From contig CP122380.1 of NCBI GenBank assembly GCA_024650005.2, positions 1,952,001-2,016,000 on the forward strand: a stretch of 64,000 nucleotides of DNA, given 5' to 3'. How positions within the stretch are numbered: position 1 is the first letter of the stretch; each line of letters opens with the position of its first letter. The stretch is from Candidatus Bathyarchaeum tardum. Its GTDB lineage: Archaea; Thermoproteota; Bathyarchaeia; Bathyarchaeales; Bathyarchaeaceae. Position numbers and translations under genes: made by a program. The notes beneath the pieces were generated by a model. The model ran no database searches and was not told where the DNA came from. It worked only from the letters and a program-made list of their open reading frames with translations. Positions 19,616-30,175 of the stretch are shown here, one piece after another.

Positions 19616-20409
19616 TGATCGAATTAAATTCCCTGTTTCAGATGCCTAAGCTGTCGTATCGTGTTTTCAAAATATGGCAAAGAAACAAAGACGTCTTCAT
19701 GAGAACTTACAAAACCAATTTTCTTCCTTCTCTGTTGGAGCCAATTCTTTACTTATTGGCTTTTGGTTTGGGTCTTGGCGGATTTGTTGATACAATCAAC
19801 GGAACGCCTTATGTGAACTTCATTGCCCCAGCTATAGTTACAATGTCCATGATGTTTTCATCATTTTATGAATGCACATATGCGTCTTTTGTCAGGATGT
19901 ATTTCCAAAAAACTTTCGACGCCATAATCGCAACTCCAGTAAACATCGAAGAAGTAATCACCGGAGAAATCCTATGGGGCGCCACAAAAAGCCTGATTAA
20001 CTCATCCATAGTTTTGGCAGTCATAACCGCGGCAGGTTTAGTTTCTTCACCCCTGTTTTTGCTTATTCCCTTAGTCGCCTTTCTGGTTGGATTCTTGTTT
20101 GCATCCATCGCCATGTGCTTCACAGCAATAGTTCCCAACATTGACGCCTTCAATTATCCCACCTTTTTGTTCATAACCCCCATGTCATTGCTAAGCGGAA
20201 CCTTTTTCCCCTTAACAGCAATGCCCCAAATCGTTCAAACAGCCGCCCATGTGGTGTTTCCTCTAACCAATGCAGTAACCATAACCCGAGCCCTAACCTT
20301 AGGAAACATCGAAACAACAATACTATTCAGCCTAGCATGGATGCTAATAATAGCCCCAATCTTCTTCATACTCGCCATAAATCTCATGAAAAAAAGACTG
20401 ATTAAATAA
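19615..20409 (+). CDS. ABC-2 exporter permease (NodJ-like)
   Basis: EPILYLLAFGLG, FDAIIATP, LSGTFFP; TAATG overlap with the ATPase gene. Confidence 0.9.
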   Translation: MIELNSLFQMPKLSYRVFKIWQRNKDVFMRTYKTNFLPSLLEPILYLLAFGLGLGGFVDTINGTPYVNFIAPAIVTMSMMFSSFYECTYASFVRMYFQKTFDAIIATPVNIEEVITGEILWGATKSLINSSIVLAVITAAGLVSSPLFLLIPLVAFLVGFLFASIAMCFTAIVPNIDAFNYPTFLFITPMSLLSGTFFPLTAMPQIVQTAAHVVFPLTNAVTITRALTLGNIETTILFSLAWMLIIAPIFFILAINLMKKRLIK

Positions 20410-20683
20410 TCGGTAAACCAAAACACAATCATTTTGATACGTCAAAATGGAAGAAAAAATGTCAATTATTTGAACTACAAAACAGTGCTTGTGTAGAGCA
20501 AAAACAGCCGTTTTGCACATCTTTTAGGTGTAAGTTTAAAAATAAATGAAATGCCCCTGTTTTTGGAAGTAAAGCCGTTTAGAAATATACAATGAAACAA
20601 AATAGAAATGATAATGCCTAAACAAAACAGTTATATTTTTCAATAAAATGTATATAAAACGCATTACTTTTTTGTAATCTGGA

Positions 20684-20877
20684 ATGAAAAAAGCTAAAAA
20701 GTTTTATCCCCTAATTTCGGCCCTTGGTGCCGGTGGAGGTGGCTTAGTTTTAAGTGGTTTGTTCAAAAAATTATGTCTCATAAAGGAATCTCTTTGGAGA
20801 GGTTTTTAGCTTTTGAAATAATCGGGATTCTCCTGATTATTATTGGAATTCTTGTTTATTATAAAAAATTTACATAA
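20684..20877 (+). pseudogene. Frameshifted two-TM small protein
   Basis: One more A in the A6 run (20765-20770) yields MKKAKKFYPLISALGAGGGGLVLSGLFKKIMSHKGISLERFLAFEIIGILLIIIGILVYYKKFT*. Confidence 0.45.
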
Positions 20878-21107
20878 AAAGAAAATCACAATAATAGCGT
20901 CTTCAGATCATACTACTCAGATGCGCCATTCTTCAAAAAGTAGAAAAATGTGTGTTAAAATCCCTAAACTAATTCGAAAATGGATCTTTTTCAAATTCCA
21001 AAAGATAAAAAGAACAGGCCCCTTTTTTATAATATGTTGTAGGGTTGAATACTTGCAATATAAATTTGACAAGTTATAATGCATGTTATTGGATGCGGGG
21101 TTTGCGT

Positions 21108-21422
21108 ATGATTTCTGTTAAACAGATTGCTTTGCAGCGGGTTCACATACTATTTGGTTTAGCAAAGCAAGTGGCTCATGAAAACCCGGAATTAGCTCAA
21201 CGTTATGTTCGGTTGGCTCGTAAAGTTGCTATGCGGGCTCGTTTGCGTTTGCCTAGAGAATACAGGTTTTTGGTTTGCAGAAAATGTAAAAGCTTTATCT
21301 TACCTGGTGTAAACTGTCGTACCAGAATACAATCGAGAAGGGAACCTCACATAGTAATTACCTGCTTAAATTGTGGCAGAATTACTCGTATCCCGATTAA
21401 AGGAAGAAAAACCCAATGTTAA
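21108..21422 (+). CDS. rnp4: RNase P protein component 4 (Rpp21)
   Basis: IALQRVHILF, LAQRYV, CRKC...PG...TCLNCG. Confidence 0.93.
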   Translation: MISVKQIALQRVHILFGLAKQVAHENPELAQRYVRLARKVAMRARLRLPREYRFLVCRKCKSFILPGVNCRTRIQSRREPHIVITCLNCGRITRIPIKGRKTQC

Positions 21423-21703
21423 CGCCAAAAATGATAAGAAGAATAAAAAGTGCACTTAGCGCAGAAAAACCCACCGTGCGCATAGGAAAAGAAGGTGCCA
21501 CAGCCGAGATAGTTGGTGAGGTAGAAAAACAGCTTAAGGTCAGAGAAATTATTAAAGTAAAAATTCTTAAAACCGCCTTGCATGAACAGGAAGCACTAGA
21601 AGCAAAAAACATTGCCTCAACAGTTGCCCAACAAGCTGAAGCAGAGCTGGTTGATGTGCGTGGTCACACCTTTATGTTGTATAAAAGCAAGAAAAAACGT
21701 TAA
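21416..21703 (+). CDS. YhbY/CRM RNA-binding protein
   Basis: PTVRIGKEG, EIIKVKIL, VRGHTFMLY. Confidence 0.92.
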   Translation: MLTPKMIRRIKSALSAEKPTVRIGKEGATAEIVGEVEKQLKVREIIKVKILKTALHEQEALEAKNIASTVAQQAEAELVDVRGHTFMLYKSKKKR

Positions 21704-21782
21704 ATTCTCTTTTGTCACACACGAAACTAATATAAGGACAAGCCTTTTCCCTTACTGAAGGAAAAATTAGGAAGATGAAGCC

Positions 21783-22238
21783 TTGCCGACACCGTATGAT
21801 ATTCCAGCATCTGTTCTCATAGAGAGATTAGCCAAGCATCTAAAAGATGAAGTAGATGTAATAACTCCACCAGAATGGGCGAGCTTTGCCAAAACTGGTG
21901 TTTATAATCAAAGGTCACCTACTAACCCTGATTGGTGGTTTGTCAGGGTTGCCTCCGTTATGCGTAAAATTTACGTGAAAGGTCCCATCGGCGTTGAATT
22001 ACTTCGCCAAGAATACGGCGGCAGACAAGACAACGGAGCAAGACCCGAACATGCCAGCAAAGGAAGCGGTTCCATTGTGCGAACTGCAATTCATCAGCTT
22101 CAAAAAGCAGGTCTAGTAAAGACTCAACGAACAGAAGGACGCATAGTAACAAGTGAAGGAAGACGCCTGCTTGACAGGTTGTCAACCCAAATAAAAAGTG
22201 AACTAGAAAAAGCTCAACCTGAACTCGCAAAATATTAG
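21783..22238 (+). CDS. rps19e: 30S ribosomal protein S19e
   Basis: PPEWASFAKTG, DWWFVRVAS, GPIGV, GSGSIVR. Confidence 0.97.
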   Translation: MPTPYDIPASVLIERLAKHLKDEVDVITPPEWASFAKTGVYNQRSPTNPDWWFVRVASVMRKIYVKGPIGVELLRQEYGGRQDNGARPEHASKGSGSIVRTAIHQLQKAGLVKTQRTEGRIVTSEGRRLLDRLSTQIKSELEKAQPELAKY

Positions 22239-22247
22239 GTGTAAATA

Positions 22248-22577
22248 GTGAGTGAAGAAGAACTTGATTCTCTCAGGAAACGACGAATGCATGAGCTCCA
22301 GCAAAGAATGGAAGCGGAACAACAGCAAGCTCAGGCTCAACAAAATCTTGAGAACCAAAAACAAGCTCTTCTCCGCCGAATATTAACCCCTGAAGCGAGG
22401 AGCCGCCTCACAAACTTGAACATGGTTAAACCCGAGTTCACTGAGCAACTTGAAATACAGTTGATTCAGTTAGCCCAGGCGGGACGCGTAAAGTTGCCCA
22501 TAACTGATGAACAACTAAAAGAGCTACTAGTGAGGCTTCAGTCAGGAAAAAGAGATTACACGATTAGGAGAGTATAA
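22248..22577 (+). CDS. PDCD5-like DNA-binding protein
   Basis: [24 protein letters not shown]. Confidence 0.93.
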   Translation: MSEEELDSLRKRRMHELQQRMEAEQQQAQAQQNLENQKQALLRRILTPEARSRLTNLNMVKPEFTEQLEIQLIQLAQAGRVKLPITDEQLKELLVRLQSGKRDYTIRRV

Positions 22578-22579
22578 AA

Positions 22580-22735
22580 ATGGCACGAAACAAACCAACT
22601 GCCAAAAAATTGAGACTTGCCAAGGCTGGAAAAGAAAGTAAAGCTGTTCCAACTTGGGTTATTGCCAAAACTGGCGGTCAAGTTCGATCAAATCCCAAGC
22701 GGAGACGCTGGAGACAAAGAAAGATTAAAGCTTGA
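22580..22735 (+). CDS. rpl39e: 50S ribosomal protein L39e (not in the ORF track)
   Basis: [51 protein letters not shown]. Confidence 0.95.
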   Translation: MARNKPTAKKLRLAKAGKESKAVPTWVIAKTGGQVRSNPKRRRWRQRKIKA

Positions 22736-22746
22736 GGGATATCTAG

Positions 22747-23235
22747 ATGGAAAAACCTGTTGATGTTGCTGAAGTTAATGAAGAATTAGAAGAAACTGAA
22801 GAAGTTAAAGAAGAGGCGGAGTCAGAAGTTCCTGAAGAAGACGAAGTGGAACTAGAAGAAGACTTAGAAGAGGAAATGGAAGAGGAGTTCATAGAAGCAA
22901 AAAAGAGCTCCAAGAAAGTGAAAAAAGAAGACCTAGACGAAGACATTGTTGAAGAAAGGTTTTATACAATTCCTTTGCGTAATGCTTGGATTAGTCCAAG
23001 AAAGAAACGTGCTCCAAAAGCAGCAAGAATTGTGCGAAAGTTTGTTGCCAAGCACATGAAGGTTAGTGCCGAAGCTGTTGACGAGGACGAAGAGCCTGAA
23101 AGGGTCGTTATCGATAATGAAGTTAATGAAAAACTTTGGAGTCGAGGAATCGAAAAACCTCCAAGAAAAATACGCGTTCGTGTTGTTAAAGACAATGAAG
23201 GAGTAGTGACGGTTCTTCTCGCAGAAGGAGACTAA
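22747..23235 (+). CDS. rpl31e: 50S ribosomal protein L31e with an acidic N-terminal extension
   Basis: ERFYTIPL, KRAPKA, NEKLWSRGIEKPPRKIRV. Confidence 0.95.
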   Translation: MEKPVDVAEVNEELEETEEVKEEAESEVPEEDEVELEEDLEEEMEEEFIEAKKSSKKVKKEDLDEDIVEERFYTIPLRNAWISPRKKRAPKAARIVRKFVAKHMKVSAEAVDEDEEPERVVIDNEVNEKLWSRGIEKPPRKIRVRVVKDNEGVVTVLLAEGD

Positions 23236-23237
23236 CC

Positions 23238-23912
23238 TTGTCATTATATCTTTTTGATGTTTTTGGTAACGCAAGTATTGGAATTTATTGTCTTGCAAAC
23301 GATCGCATAGCAATTCTTCCTCCTCAGGTTCCTGAACCTAAACGGGAAAAATTTGCTGAATGGATGAATGTAAAGGTCGTTGCAACTACAATTGGTAAAT
23401 CTTTGATTAATGGTGCTTTAGCCTGTTCTAACTCCAATGGAGTTATTCTTCCTTATTTTGTAGCTGACGACGAAATTGACGCAATCAAATCTGTTGTTTC
23501 AGACATTAACATAGCAGTTATGGACACCAAAAGGACAGCTTACGGCAACATGGTTTTGGCTAACGACAAAGGAGCCATTGTTGATTCTAGGCTGGAATCA
23601 GATGTTATTGCTAAGATTTCTGACAATTTAGGTGTTGAAGTTGTTCGGGGAGACATTGCGGGGTTGCCTTATGTTGGTTCCCTTGCTACGGCAACAAATA
23701 AAGGGGTGCTGGCGCATCCTTTGATAAAGGAAAATGAACAGAAAATCTTAAGTGATGTATTGAAGGTTCCGGTTGATTTGGGAACAGTAAACTGTGGAAT
23801 CCCGTACGTCGCTACTGGCCTGATAGGTAACATTTATGGGGCAGTAGCGGGGTTGTTGACTACTGGACCTGAAATGTTCATAATTGGACAAGCCCTTGAT
23901 GTGGTGGAATAA
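23238..23912 (+). CDS. eif6: Translation initiation factor 6
   Basis: GNMVLANDKG, GTVNCG, TTGPE. Confidence 0.95.
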   Translation: MSLYLFDVFGNASIGIYCLANDRIAILPPQVPEPKREKFAEWMNVKVVATTIGKSLINGALACSNSNGVILPYFVADDEIDAIKSVVSDINIAVMDTKRTAYGNMVLANDKGAIVDSRLESDVIAKISDNLGVEVVRGDIAGLPYVGSLATATNKGVLAHPLIKENEQKILSDVLKVPVDLGTVNCGIPYVATGLIGNIYGAVAGLLTTGPEMFIIGQALDVVE

Positions 23913-23915
23913 ACA

Positions 23916-24155
23916 ATGAGTGAAGTAAAAGTATACCGAGTAAGCGGAAAAATCAACAAGCCAAACTTGAAAACCGAGTTCAGCAAAGAAATTCGAGCAA
24001 TAAAACCCGAAGATGCAGTAGAAAAAGTGTACACTTTAATCGGCAGCAAGCACAGAGTCAGACGTTTTCAGATGTCAATTTCTAAAGTCGAAGAAATCGG
24101 CTTAGACGAAATCGAAGATCTTATAGTGAAAAAGTTGACTCAAGGAGCTGAGTAA
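23916..24155 (+). CDS. rpl18a: 50S ribosomal protein LX/L18a
   Basis: KVYRVSG, FSKEIRA, EKVYTLIGSKHRV. Confidence 0.92.
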   Translation: MSEVKVYRVSGKINKPNLKTEFSKEIRAIKPEDAVEKVYTLIGSKHRVRRFQMSISKVEEIGLDEIEDLIVKKLTQGAE

Positions 24156-24156
24156 G

Positions 24157-24618
24157 CTGTCAAGTGACCAAGAAACTTTCCGTAGGTTAGTTTTAGAGTC
24201 ACGTTACTTAGAGGAAACTATGAACGAGTTGCAGTCCAGAATCAGCATGATTAATTCGGCCATAACTGAACTGCGACTTTCAAATGTAACCCTTGAAGGT
24301 TTAGAAAACCAAAAGAAAGGTACACAGCTTTTTGTTCCAGTTGGTGGAGGCTCATACGTTAAAGCCAAACTGGAGACGTCCAAACAGGTTATTGTTGGCA
24401 TTGGGGCTGATGTTGCTGTTGAAAAAAGTTTGACTGAAGCAAAAACAGAAACTGAAGCTCGTCTGGCTGACATGGAAAAAACTCGTCAAGCTTTCGGTGA
24501 ACAACTGAATCAGATTGTTGCAAGGCTTCAAGAAAATAACGCTAAAATGGAAGAGATAAGTGCTAAGCTAAGGAAAGGAGAACAGTCAGGTGTTCGACAA
24601 GCTCAGAAAGGGCCTTAG
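24157..24618 (+). CDS. pfdA: Prefoldin alpha subunit (probable CTG start at 24157)
   Basis: FVPVGGGSYVKA, VIVGIGADVAVEK; frame open 21 codons upstream of ATG 24220. Confidence 0.9.
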   Translation: MSSDQETFRRLVLESRYLEETMNELQSRISMINSAITELRLSNVTLEGLENQKKGTQLFVPVGGGSYVKAKLETSKQVIVGIGADVAVEKSLTEAKTETEARLADMEKTRQAFGEQLNQIVARLQENNAKMEEISAKLRKGEQSGVRQAQKGP

Positions 24619-25495
24619 CAGCGCAGTTAACAAGATTGTTGTAACAGAACTTAAAGCCGAAAAGCTTCAACCAATTTTAGATGATTTCAGGTTAAGCCTC
24701 ATCGAAAACGATGTTGCAGTTCCTGTTGCTTATTTTATTACTGACGAACTAGAAAAACGCCTTGAGGGTCGTCAAGTTAACCGTTTAGGTGACCGCAAAG
24801 ATTTGGTGAAGGATACCCTTCACGAAGTTTTGATTGACATTTTGACCCCCAAAGAGCCTATCAATCTTATAGAAAAAATTGAACAAAAACGAAAAACCAA
24901 CGAACCCTACGTGATAATGGTCGTGGGGATTAATGGTACGGGTAAAACTACCAGTATTGCAAAAGTTACTAGCTTTTTGTTAAAGAAAGGTTACTCTGTA
25001 GTTCTAGCAGGCAGTGATACGTACCGTCCAGGCTCTATTGAGCAGCTTGAGCAGCACGCGAAAAAATTGGGCGTAAAAATGATTAAGCACGATTACGGGG
25101 CAGACCCTGCAGCGGTGGCATATGATGCGATTAGTCATGCCCAGAGCCATGGAATTGATGTTGTTTTGATTGACACAGCGGGTCGTATTCAAACTGACCG
25201 TAACCTGATGAACGAGTTAGCCAAGATCAAGCGGGTTGTGGATCCAGATTTGACGGTTTTAGTTATTGACTCATTAATTGGCAACGATGCAGTTTTGCAG
25301 GCTGAAGAATTCCACAACAGCGTAACGGTAGACGCAAACATACTCACCAAAGTAGACGCCGACGTCAAAGGTGGAGCTTCTTTGAGTGTAGCTCACGTTA
25401 CCGGAAAGCCAATTATTTTCATTGGGGTGGGTCAGGAATACAAGGATTTGCAGTTGTTTGAGCCAGAAATGTTTGTCGACATGATGCTCAAATAG
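24590..25495 (+). CDS. ftsY: SRP receptor FtsY
   Basis: GINGTGKTT, DTYR, DTAGR, TKVD. Confidence 0.97.
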   Translation: MFDKLRKGLSSAVNKIVVTELKAEKLQPILDDFRLSLIENDVAVPVAYFITDELEKRLEGRQVNRLGDRKDLVKDTLHEVLIDILTPKEPINLIEKIEQKRKTNEPYVIMVVGINGTGKTTSIAKVTSFLLKKGYSVVLAGSDTYRPGSIEQLEQHAKKLGVKMIKHDYGADPAAVAYDAISHAQSHGIDVVLIDTAGRIQTDRNLMNELAKIKRVVDPDLTVLVIDSLIGNDAVLQAEEFHNSVTVDANILTKVDADVKGGASLSVAHVTGKPIIFIGVGQEYKDLQLFEPEMFVDMMLK

Positions 25496-25575
25496 GATGC
25501 ATATTTTAGGGGGAAACAAACTTATTTTTCTTAAAGTAACGGAGTTTTTGTGTGGTCAAGCAACGGAGGAAAACA

Positions 25576-27249
25576 ATGTTGAAGGTTGCCATGGCTCAGA
25601 TTAATGCAACTGTTGGCGATTTGCAGGGAAACATAGCAAAAATTAGACAATATCTTGCAGATGCAAAATCGTGTGGAGCTGAGTTGGTTGTTTTTCCTGA
25701 GTTGGCTGTTACGGGTTATCCGCCCCAAGACTTGTTGTTGGAAAATGGGTTTGTGCTAAACAATAAACGTGCAATCTTTGAATTAATTGAAAATAACACT
25801 GCTGATGTCATTGCGGTTGTTGGGTTTGTTGACTACAAAGGCAAAGACATCTATAACGCTGCGGCGGTTTTCCAAAAAAACCAGTTACTCGGTGTGGTTC
25901 ACAAGGCGCTTTTGCCTACTTATGACGTGTTTGATGAGGACCGTTACTTCAAACCAGCAAAAACAGATGAAATTAATCCAGTTCCAGTTACCATTAGTGG
26001 AAAACAGGTCCTTTTGGGTGTAGAAATTTGCGAGGACCTTTGGGACACAGATTACGAGGTTAAGGTTACAGATTTGCTTGTGGAGCGAGGTGCACAGTTG
26101 GTTGTTAATCTTTCTGCGTCGCCGTTTCTTGTGGGAAAGCAATTGGAACGCCATAAATTATTGGTAGAAAAAGCTTCCAAAAACAAAGTGCCAGTTTTTT
26201 ATGTGAATCTTGTTGGGGGACAAGATGAACTGGTTTTTGATGGTCAAAGCATGGCGATGGACAAAACTGGTAATTTAGTTGCTTTGAGTGCGCAGTTTAC
26301 AGAAGATTTAGTTGTAACAGATATTGACTTAACCAAAGGCACGGGAGTAGCGGTTGAAGCTCCGTTGCATGATAAGGTTAAGGAAATGTTTGGGGCTTTG
26401 GTTTTGGGGATTCATGATTATTTTGCCAAGACTGGTTTTGAAAAGGCGGTTATCGGTTTGAGTGGAGGAATAGATTCTTCAGTTACTGCCGCTATTGCTG
26501 TTGAAGCCCTGGGAAAACAAAACGTGATTGGGGTTTCTATGCCTTCCCAGTTTTCTAGCGACCACAGTAAATCAGACGCTGAACAACTTGCGGAAAATTT
26601 GGGGATTTGTTTTGTGCAAATTGGCATCCAAAATGTTGTTAACGTGTTTCATGAGCAACTAAACCAGCCCCTGCAAAAGATCCGGGATTGTTTTGGTACA
26701 AAAAATGACCAAGATGATCCCGTGGCAGACGAGAATATTCAGCCTCGCGTGCGGGGAAACATATTGATGGATATTTCTAATCGATTAAAGGAACTGAAGA
26801 TTTTGGTTTTGAACACGGGAAACAAAACTGAAATTGCGTTAGGCTTTTGCACCCTGTATGGAGACATGGCTGGTGGCATTGGTGTATTGGGGGATGTGAG
26901 CAAATTGGAAGTTTACAAGCTTGCACATTACATTAACAGCAAAACCGGAAAGATGGTTATTCCCAAAAATGTAATCGAAAAACGTCCGTCCCCTGAACTT
27001 AAAGAGTGCCAGTTTGACCCTTTTGATTTTGACATAGTAAGTCCCCTAGTTGATGAAATCATAGAAAACAGAAGAAGCAAACAAGACCTAATAAAAATGG
27101 GATATCCAGAAGCTGCAGTAGACGACACATACCAACGAGTAAGAAACTCCGAATACAAACGACGGCAAGCAACCCCTTGCATCAAAATAACCCCCAAAGC
27201 ATTCGGCATCGGATGGAAAATGCCCATGGTCAACAAATATAAAGGCTAA
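25576..27249 (+). CDS. nadE: Glutamine-dependent NAD+ synthetase (nitrilase plus synthetase)
   Basis: FPEL, K, ICEDLW triad; SGGIDS, ENIQPR, TGNKTE, EYKRRQ. Confidence 0.95.
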   Translation: MLKVAMAQINATVGDLQGNIAKIRQYLADAKSCGAELVVFPELAVTGYPPQDLLLENGFVLNNKRAIFELIENNTADVIAVVGFVDYKGKDIYNAAAVFQKNQLLGVVHKALLPTYDVFDEDRYFKPAKTDEINPVPVTISGKQVLLGVEICEDLWDTDYEVKVTDLLVERGAQLVVNLSASPFLVGKQLERHKLLVEKASKNKVPVFYVNLVGGQDELVFDGQSMAMDKTGNLVALSAQFTEDLVVTDIDLTKGTGVAVEAPLHDKVKEMFGALVLGIHDYFAKTGFEKAVIGLSGGIDSSVTAAIAVEALGKQNVIGVSMPSQFSSDHSKSDAEQLAENLGICFVQIGIQNVVNVFHEQLNQPLQKIRDCFGTKNDQDDPVADENIQPRVRGNILMDISNRLKELKILVLNTGNKTEIALGFCTLYGDMAGGIGVLGDVSKLEVYKLAHYINSKTGKMVIPKNVIEKRPSPELKECQFDPFDFDIVSPLVDEIIENRRSKQDLIKMGYPEAAVDDTYQRVRNSEYKRRQATPCIKITPKAFGIGWKMPMVNKYKG

Positions 27250-27388
27250 CAAAACTCAAATCAGTTTTTAGATTACAAAAAGAGGTTCTTATGTTCGTTT
27301 TTGCCAGCATCCGAACAGTTTTTTCAAAACCCCTGATTTTATTTTTCATTTATTTCGCATAATTGTTAGCACTTAAGTTTGTTAGCAG

Positions 27389-28060
27389 TTAGCCTATTCT
27401 GAAGCTTATTCCGCCTTTGCTGAAGTAGCCTTTGGGGGCTTTGACTTTGTCGCCGTATACTTGTTTGAGCGAGTTTACGTAGTTGTTATTTTCGTCCATT
27501 TTGAATTTGTATTTTCCGAAACTGCCTTTAAATTCGATTTCAAACTCGTACTGGTTATTGTCAGAGTTTCCGTAACTTTTACGTTTCAACTTGATTTCAC
27601 TTACCCCGCTGTTTTGTATCTCAAAGTTTCCTGCAGTTTCAGACAAAGCGACTGAGGGCTCCATAGTGTAATAACGCTGGGCAAACATTGACGAAGCTTT
27701 GAGTTGTTCCCCCCATTGTCCAAAAAAGCCTTTTCCTTCGGCTTTGGCTTGGGCGCGGGCTTTATTGATGATGTCCTTTAGCATATCAGAGGTCATTTGA
27801 GCAAAAACTAGGCGCTTATTGGTTAACACACCAAAGAATGTGTCGTAACGTCCAAGAGATTTGGGTTTTCTTAAAAGGATAACTCCTAGCACAGGTTCAG
27901 TTAATGAGGATTCTTGAGTTTTTTCGGAAACAGTAGATTCCACCGCAGCAGGTGCACTAACTGCTTCAACTTTAGCAGGTTCAGCAACTGGAGTTCCACA
28001 GGTGCCACAAAAATTGGAAGTTTCTTTGAGTTCTTTTCCACAATTTTCGCAATAGGGCAA
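27389..28060 (-). CDS. Zinc-ribbon plus PH-like domain protein
   Basis: YCENCG...FCGTCG; VLTNKRLVF. Confidence 0.75.
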   Translation of the reverse strand: MPYCENCGKELKETSNFCGTCGTPVAEPAKVEAVSAPAAVESTVSEKTQESSLTEPVLGVILLRKPKSLGRYDTFFGVLTNKRLVFAQMTSDMLKDIINKARAQAKAEGKGFFGQWGEQLKASSMFAQRYYTMEPSVALSETAGNFEIQNSGVSEIKLKRKSYGNSDNNQYEFEIEFKGSFGKYKFKMDENNNYVNSLKQVYGDKVKAPKGYFSKGGISFRIG

Positions 28061-28378
28061 AGCAAATCACAAACCCACTCAACCACTACGAGATTAAAAT
28101 CTTTTTCTGCATTACTGGATCAAAATCTTACCAAAACAAACAAGCATCAAATTACCCCTATGAAGTTGTTTTTTCTCTGTTTGGTCAACATGTTACTAAT
28201 ATAATAGAGGTTAATTGTTGAAAACAGTGTTCTCTCTGGTTTTGTACCTGAATCTACAATATTGAAAAGTGTATTTTTTCTTATATCATTCAAAATATTT
28301 CATGTGTAGGTTTTTGTGGGGATTTCTACGGTTTTGTCAAAAGAATTAAATATACTCTATATTTTTCCACATTAACTC

Positions 28379-28471
28379 ATGAGCTTTAAAGAGTGGATTA
28401 TACCTCAGGGCAAGATTTTTTTCAACTAAATAGAGGAACAAGCGGACATTGTGCTAAAAGCAGCCACATTG
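28379..28471 (+). pseudogene. N-terminal remnant of a DUF47 (Pit accessory/PhoU-like) gene
   Basis: MSFKEWIIPQGKIFFN*IEEQADIVLKAATL, then similarity is lost; TATA-like TTAAATA upstream. Confidence 0.6.
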
Positions 28472-28816
28472 TCTAGACGAGTAATGATACCAAAGGGTAA
28501 AACATTAGCATAAGCAAATAAAGTAAGGTAAGGTAGACAGTTTTTAATCATCATGAAAACAATGATGACACAAGAGTCATTTTTTGGTGACTTCTATAAA
28601 CAGGGAAATTGAACGCCACTAAGACAGGAATTCCATGTAACAGGTTAGGACATGACAAGCAAGTTAGTAATAAAAATACACCTTGGATAAATTGGTCAAT
28701 GCCAGTGGACAACTAAAACCATCAAACTGTTGAATATGCACCACTCAGGTTATCAGAACATGACATAGAATAAGTCCATTGCGAGGAAACAGAACAATAA
28801 ACAATAAAAAAGGAAA

Positions 28817-29980
28817 CTAGGGCATTTTTGTTTTTTGCCCGTTACCTGTGGGTTGTCGCCGCTTTTTTATGGGAACAAATTTTGTTCCGTAGGCTCCGAT
28901 GTAGCTTGATGTTGGTCGTAACAAAACTGAGTCTGAATATTGTTCAAGTATGTGGGCGGTCCATCCTGTTATTCTGCTGGCAGCAAAAAACAAGGTAAAG
29001 AATTCTTTAGGAATATCCAAGGCATTAAGAACAAGAGCAGCATAAAAGTCTACGTTGGGGTAAATGTTTTTTTCTTTGTGAACAACTGCTTGAATTTTTC
29101 TACAGGTACGATACAAATCCATGCGGTCTTTGCGTTCACACAAGGCTTTGCTTACAGTTCTAAGATGCCGTGACCGAGGATCATTAGACACGTAAACTCG
29201 GTGACCAAAACCCATGATCTTTTGGTGATCAAATAACATTCCCCGAATGTAAGCTTCAACTTCACCACTGCTAACATCCAAAAGCATATTCATTACCCGT
29301 TCGCTGGCTCCTCCATGCAGTTTACCTTTCAAAGTGCCAACCGCGGAAGTTACTGCAGAATACATGTCCGAAAAAGTACTGGCAGTCACACGAGCAGCAA
29401 AAGCAGATGCATTCAATCCATGGTCAGCATGCAAAATCATGTAACGTTCAATGGATTCGATTTCTTCTTTGTCGGCAGGTTTGCCCCGGAACATGTACAA
29501 AAAGTTTTCTGCAAAAGAGTAATCTTTCTTGGGTTCAACAGGTTCCAGATCGTTACGCAACCGATAAATTGCCGCAACTAATGTGGGAACCTTTGCAATC
29601 AAACTAAGCCCCCGCTTCAAACTGGAAGCTTCAGAGACATCATCTGGGTCGGGGTCAAATTCTCCAAGCTGTGAGATTGAGGTTCGCAATATTTCCATGG
29701 GATGGCTGGTTTTTGGAGAATGTTGTATGCTTTCAATTATTTTGTCAGGTAAATTCATTTCAGAAAACAGTGCATCTTTGATTTCTTTCAATTCTGTTTC
29801 TGTGGGTAATCTTTTGTGCAATAGTAGGTAAACAACTTCTTCGTAACAGACTCGACCTAAAAGACGGTCGATGTCGTATCCAACATAATATAATGCACCA
29901 AGGGGGTCAACAAAACTATTGCGTGTTTGACAAGCGGCAACATCACGCAATCCGCGAACATATTCTTTTTCATTAGACAT
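28817..29980 (-). CDS. gltA: Citrate (or 2-methylcitrate) synthase
   Basis: HADHGLNAS, LHGGA, MGFGHRVY, DPR, YPNVDFY. Confidence 0.9.
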   Translation of the reverse strand: MSNEKEYVRGLRDVAACQTRNSFVDPLGALYYVGYDIDRLLGRVCYEEVVYLLLHKRLPTETELKEIKDALFSEMNLPDKIIESIQHSPKTSHPMEILRTSISQLGEFDPDPDDVSEASSLKRGLSLIAKVPTLVAAIYRLRNDLEPVEPKKDYSFAENFLYMFRGKPADKEEIESIERYMILHADHGLNASAFAARVTASTFSDMYSAVTSAVGTLKGKLHGGASERVMNMLLDVSSGEVEAYIRGMLFDHQKIMGFGHRVYVSNDPRSRHLRTVSKALCERKDRMDLYRTCRKIQAVVHKEKNIYPNVDFYAALVLNALDIPKEFFTLFFAASRITGWTAHILEQYSDSVLLRPTSSYIGAYGTKFVPIKKRRQPTGNGQKTKMP

Positions 29981-30175
29981 TTTCTTATTTCAACTCGTTT
30001 TTTCAACTGAACGTTCTAACAAGCACCGAAAACCCAGTCTACTCAAACAAGTGAATGAGCAATTAACAACATACGGCTTAATTTGCATAAGACAACCTGC
30101 AGTTAACAGTGCATTGGAACGTAAATCTAATAACAAAAATGGAAAGACTGTTTTATAAGTCCTTTCCAGACCAAA

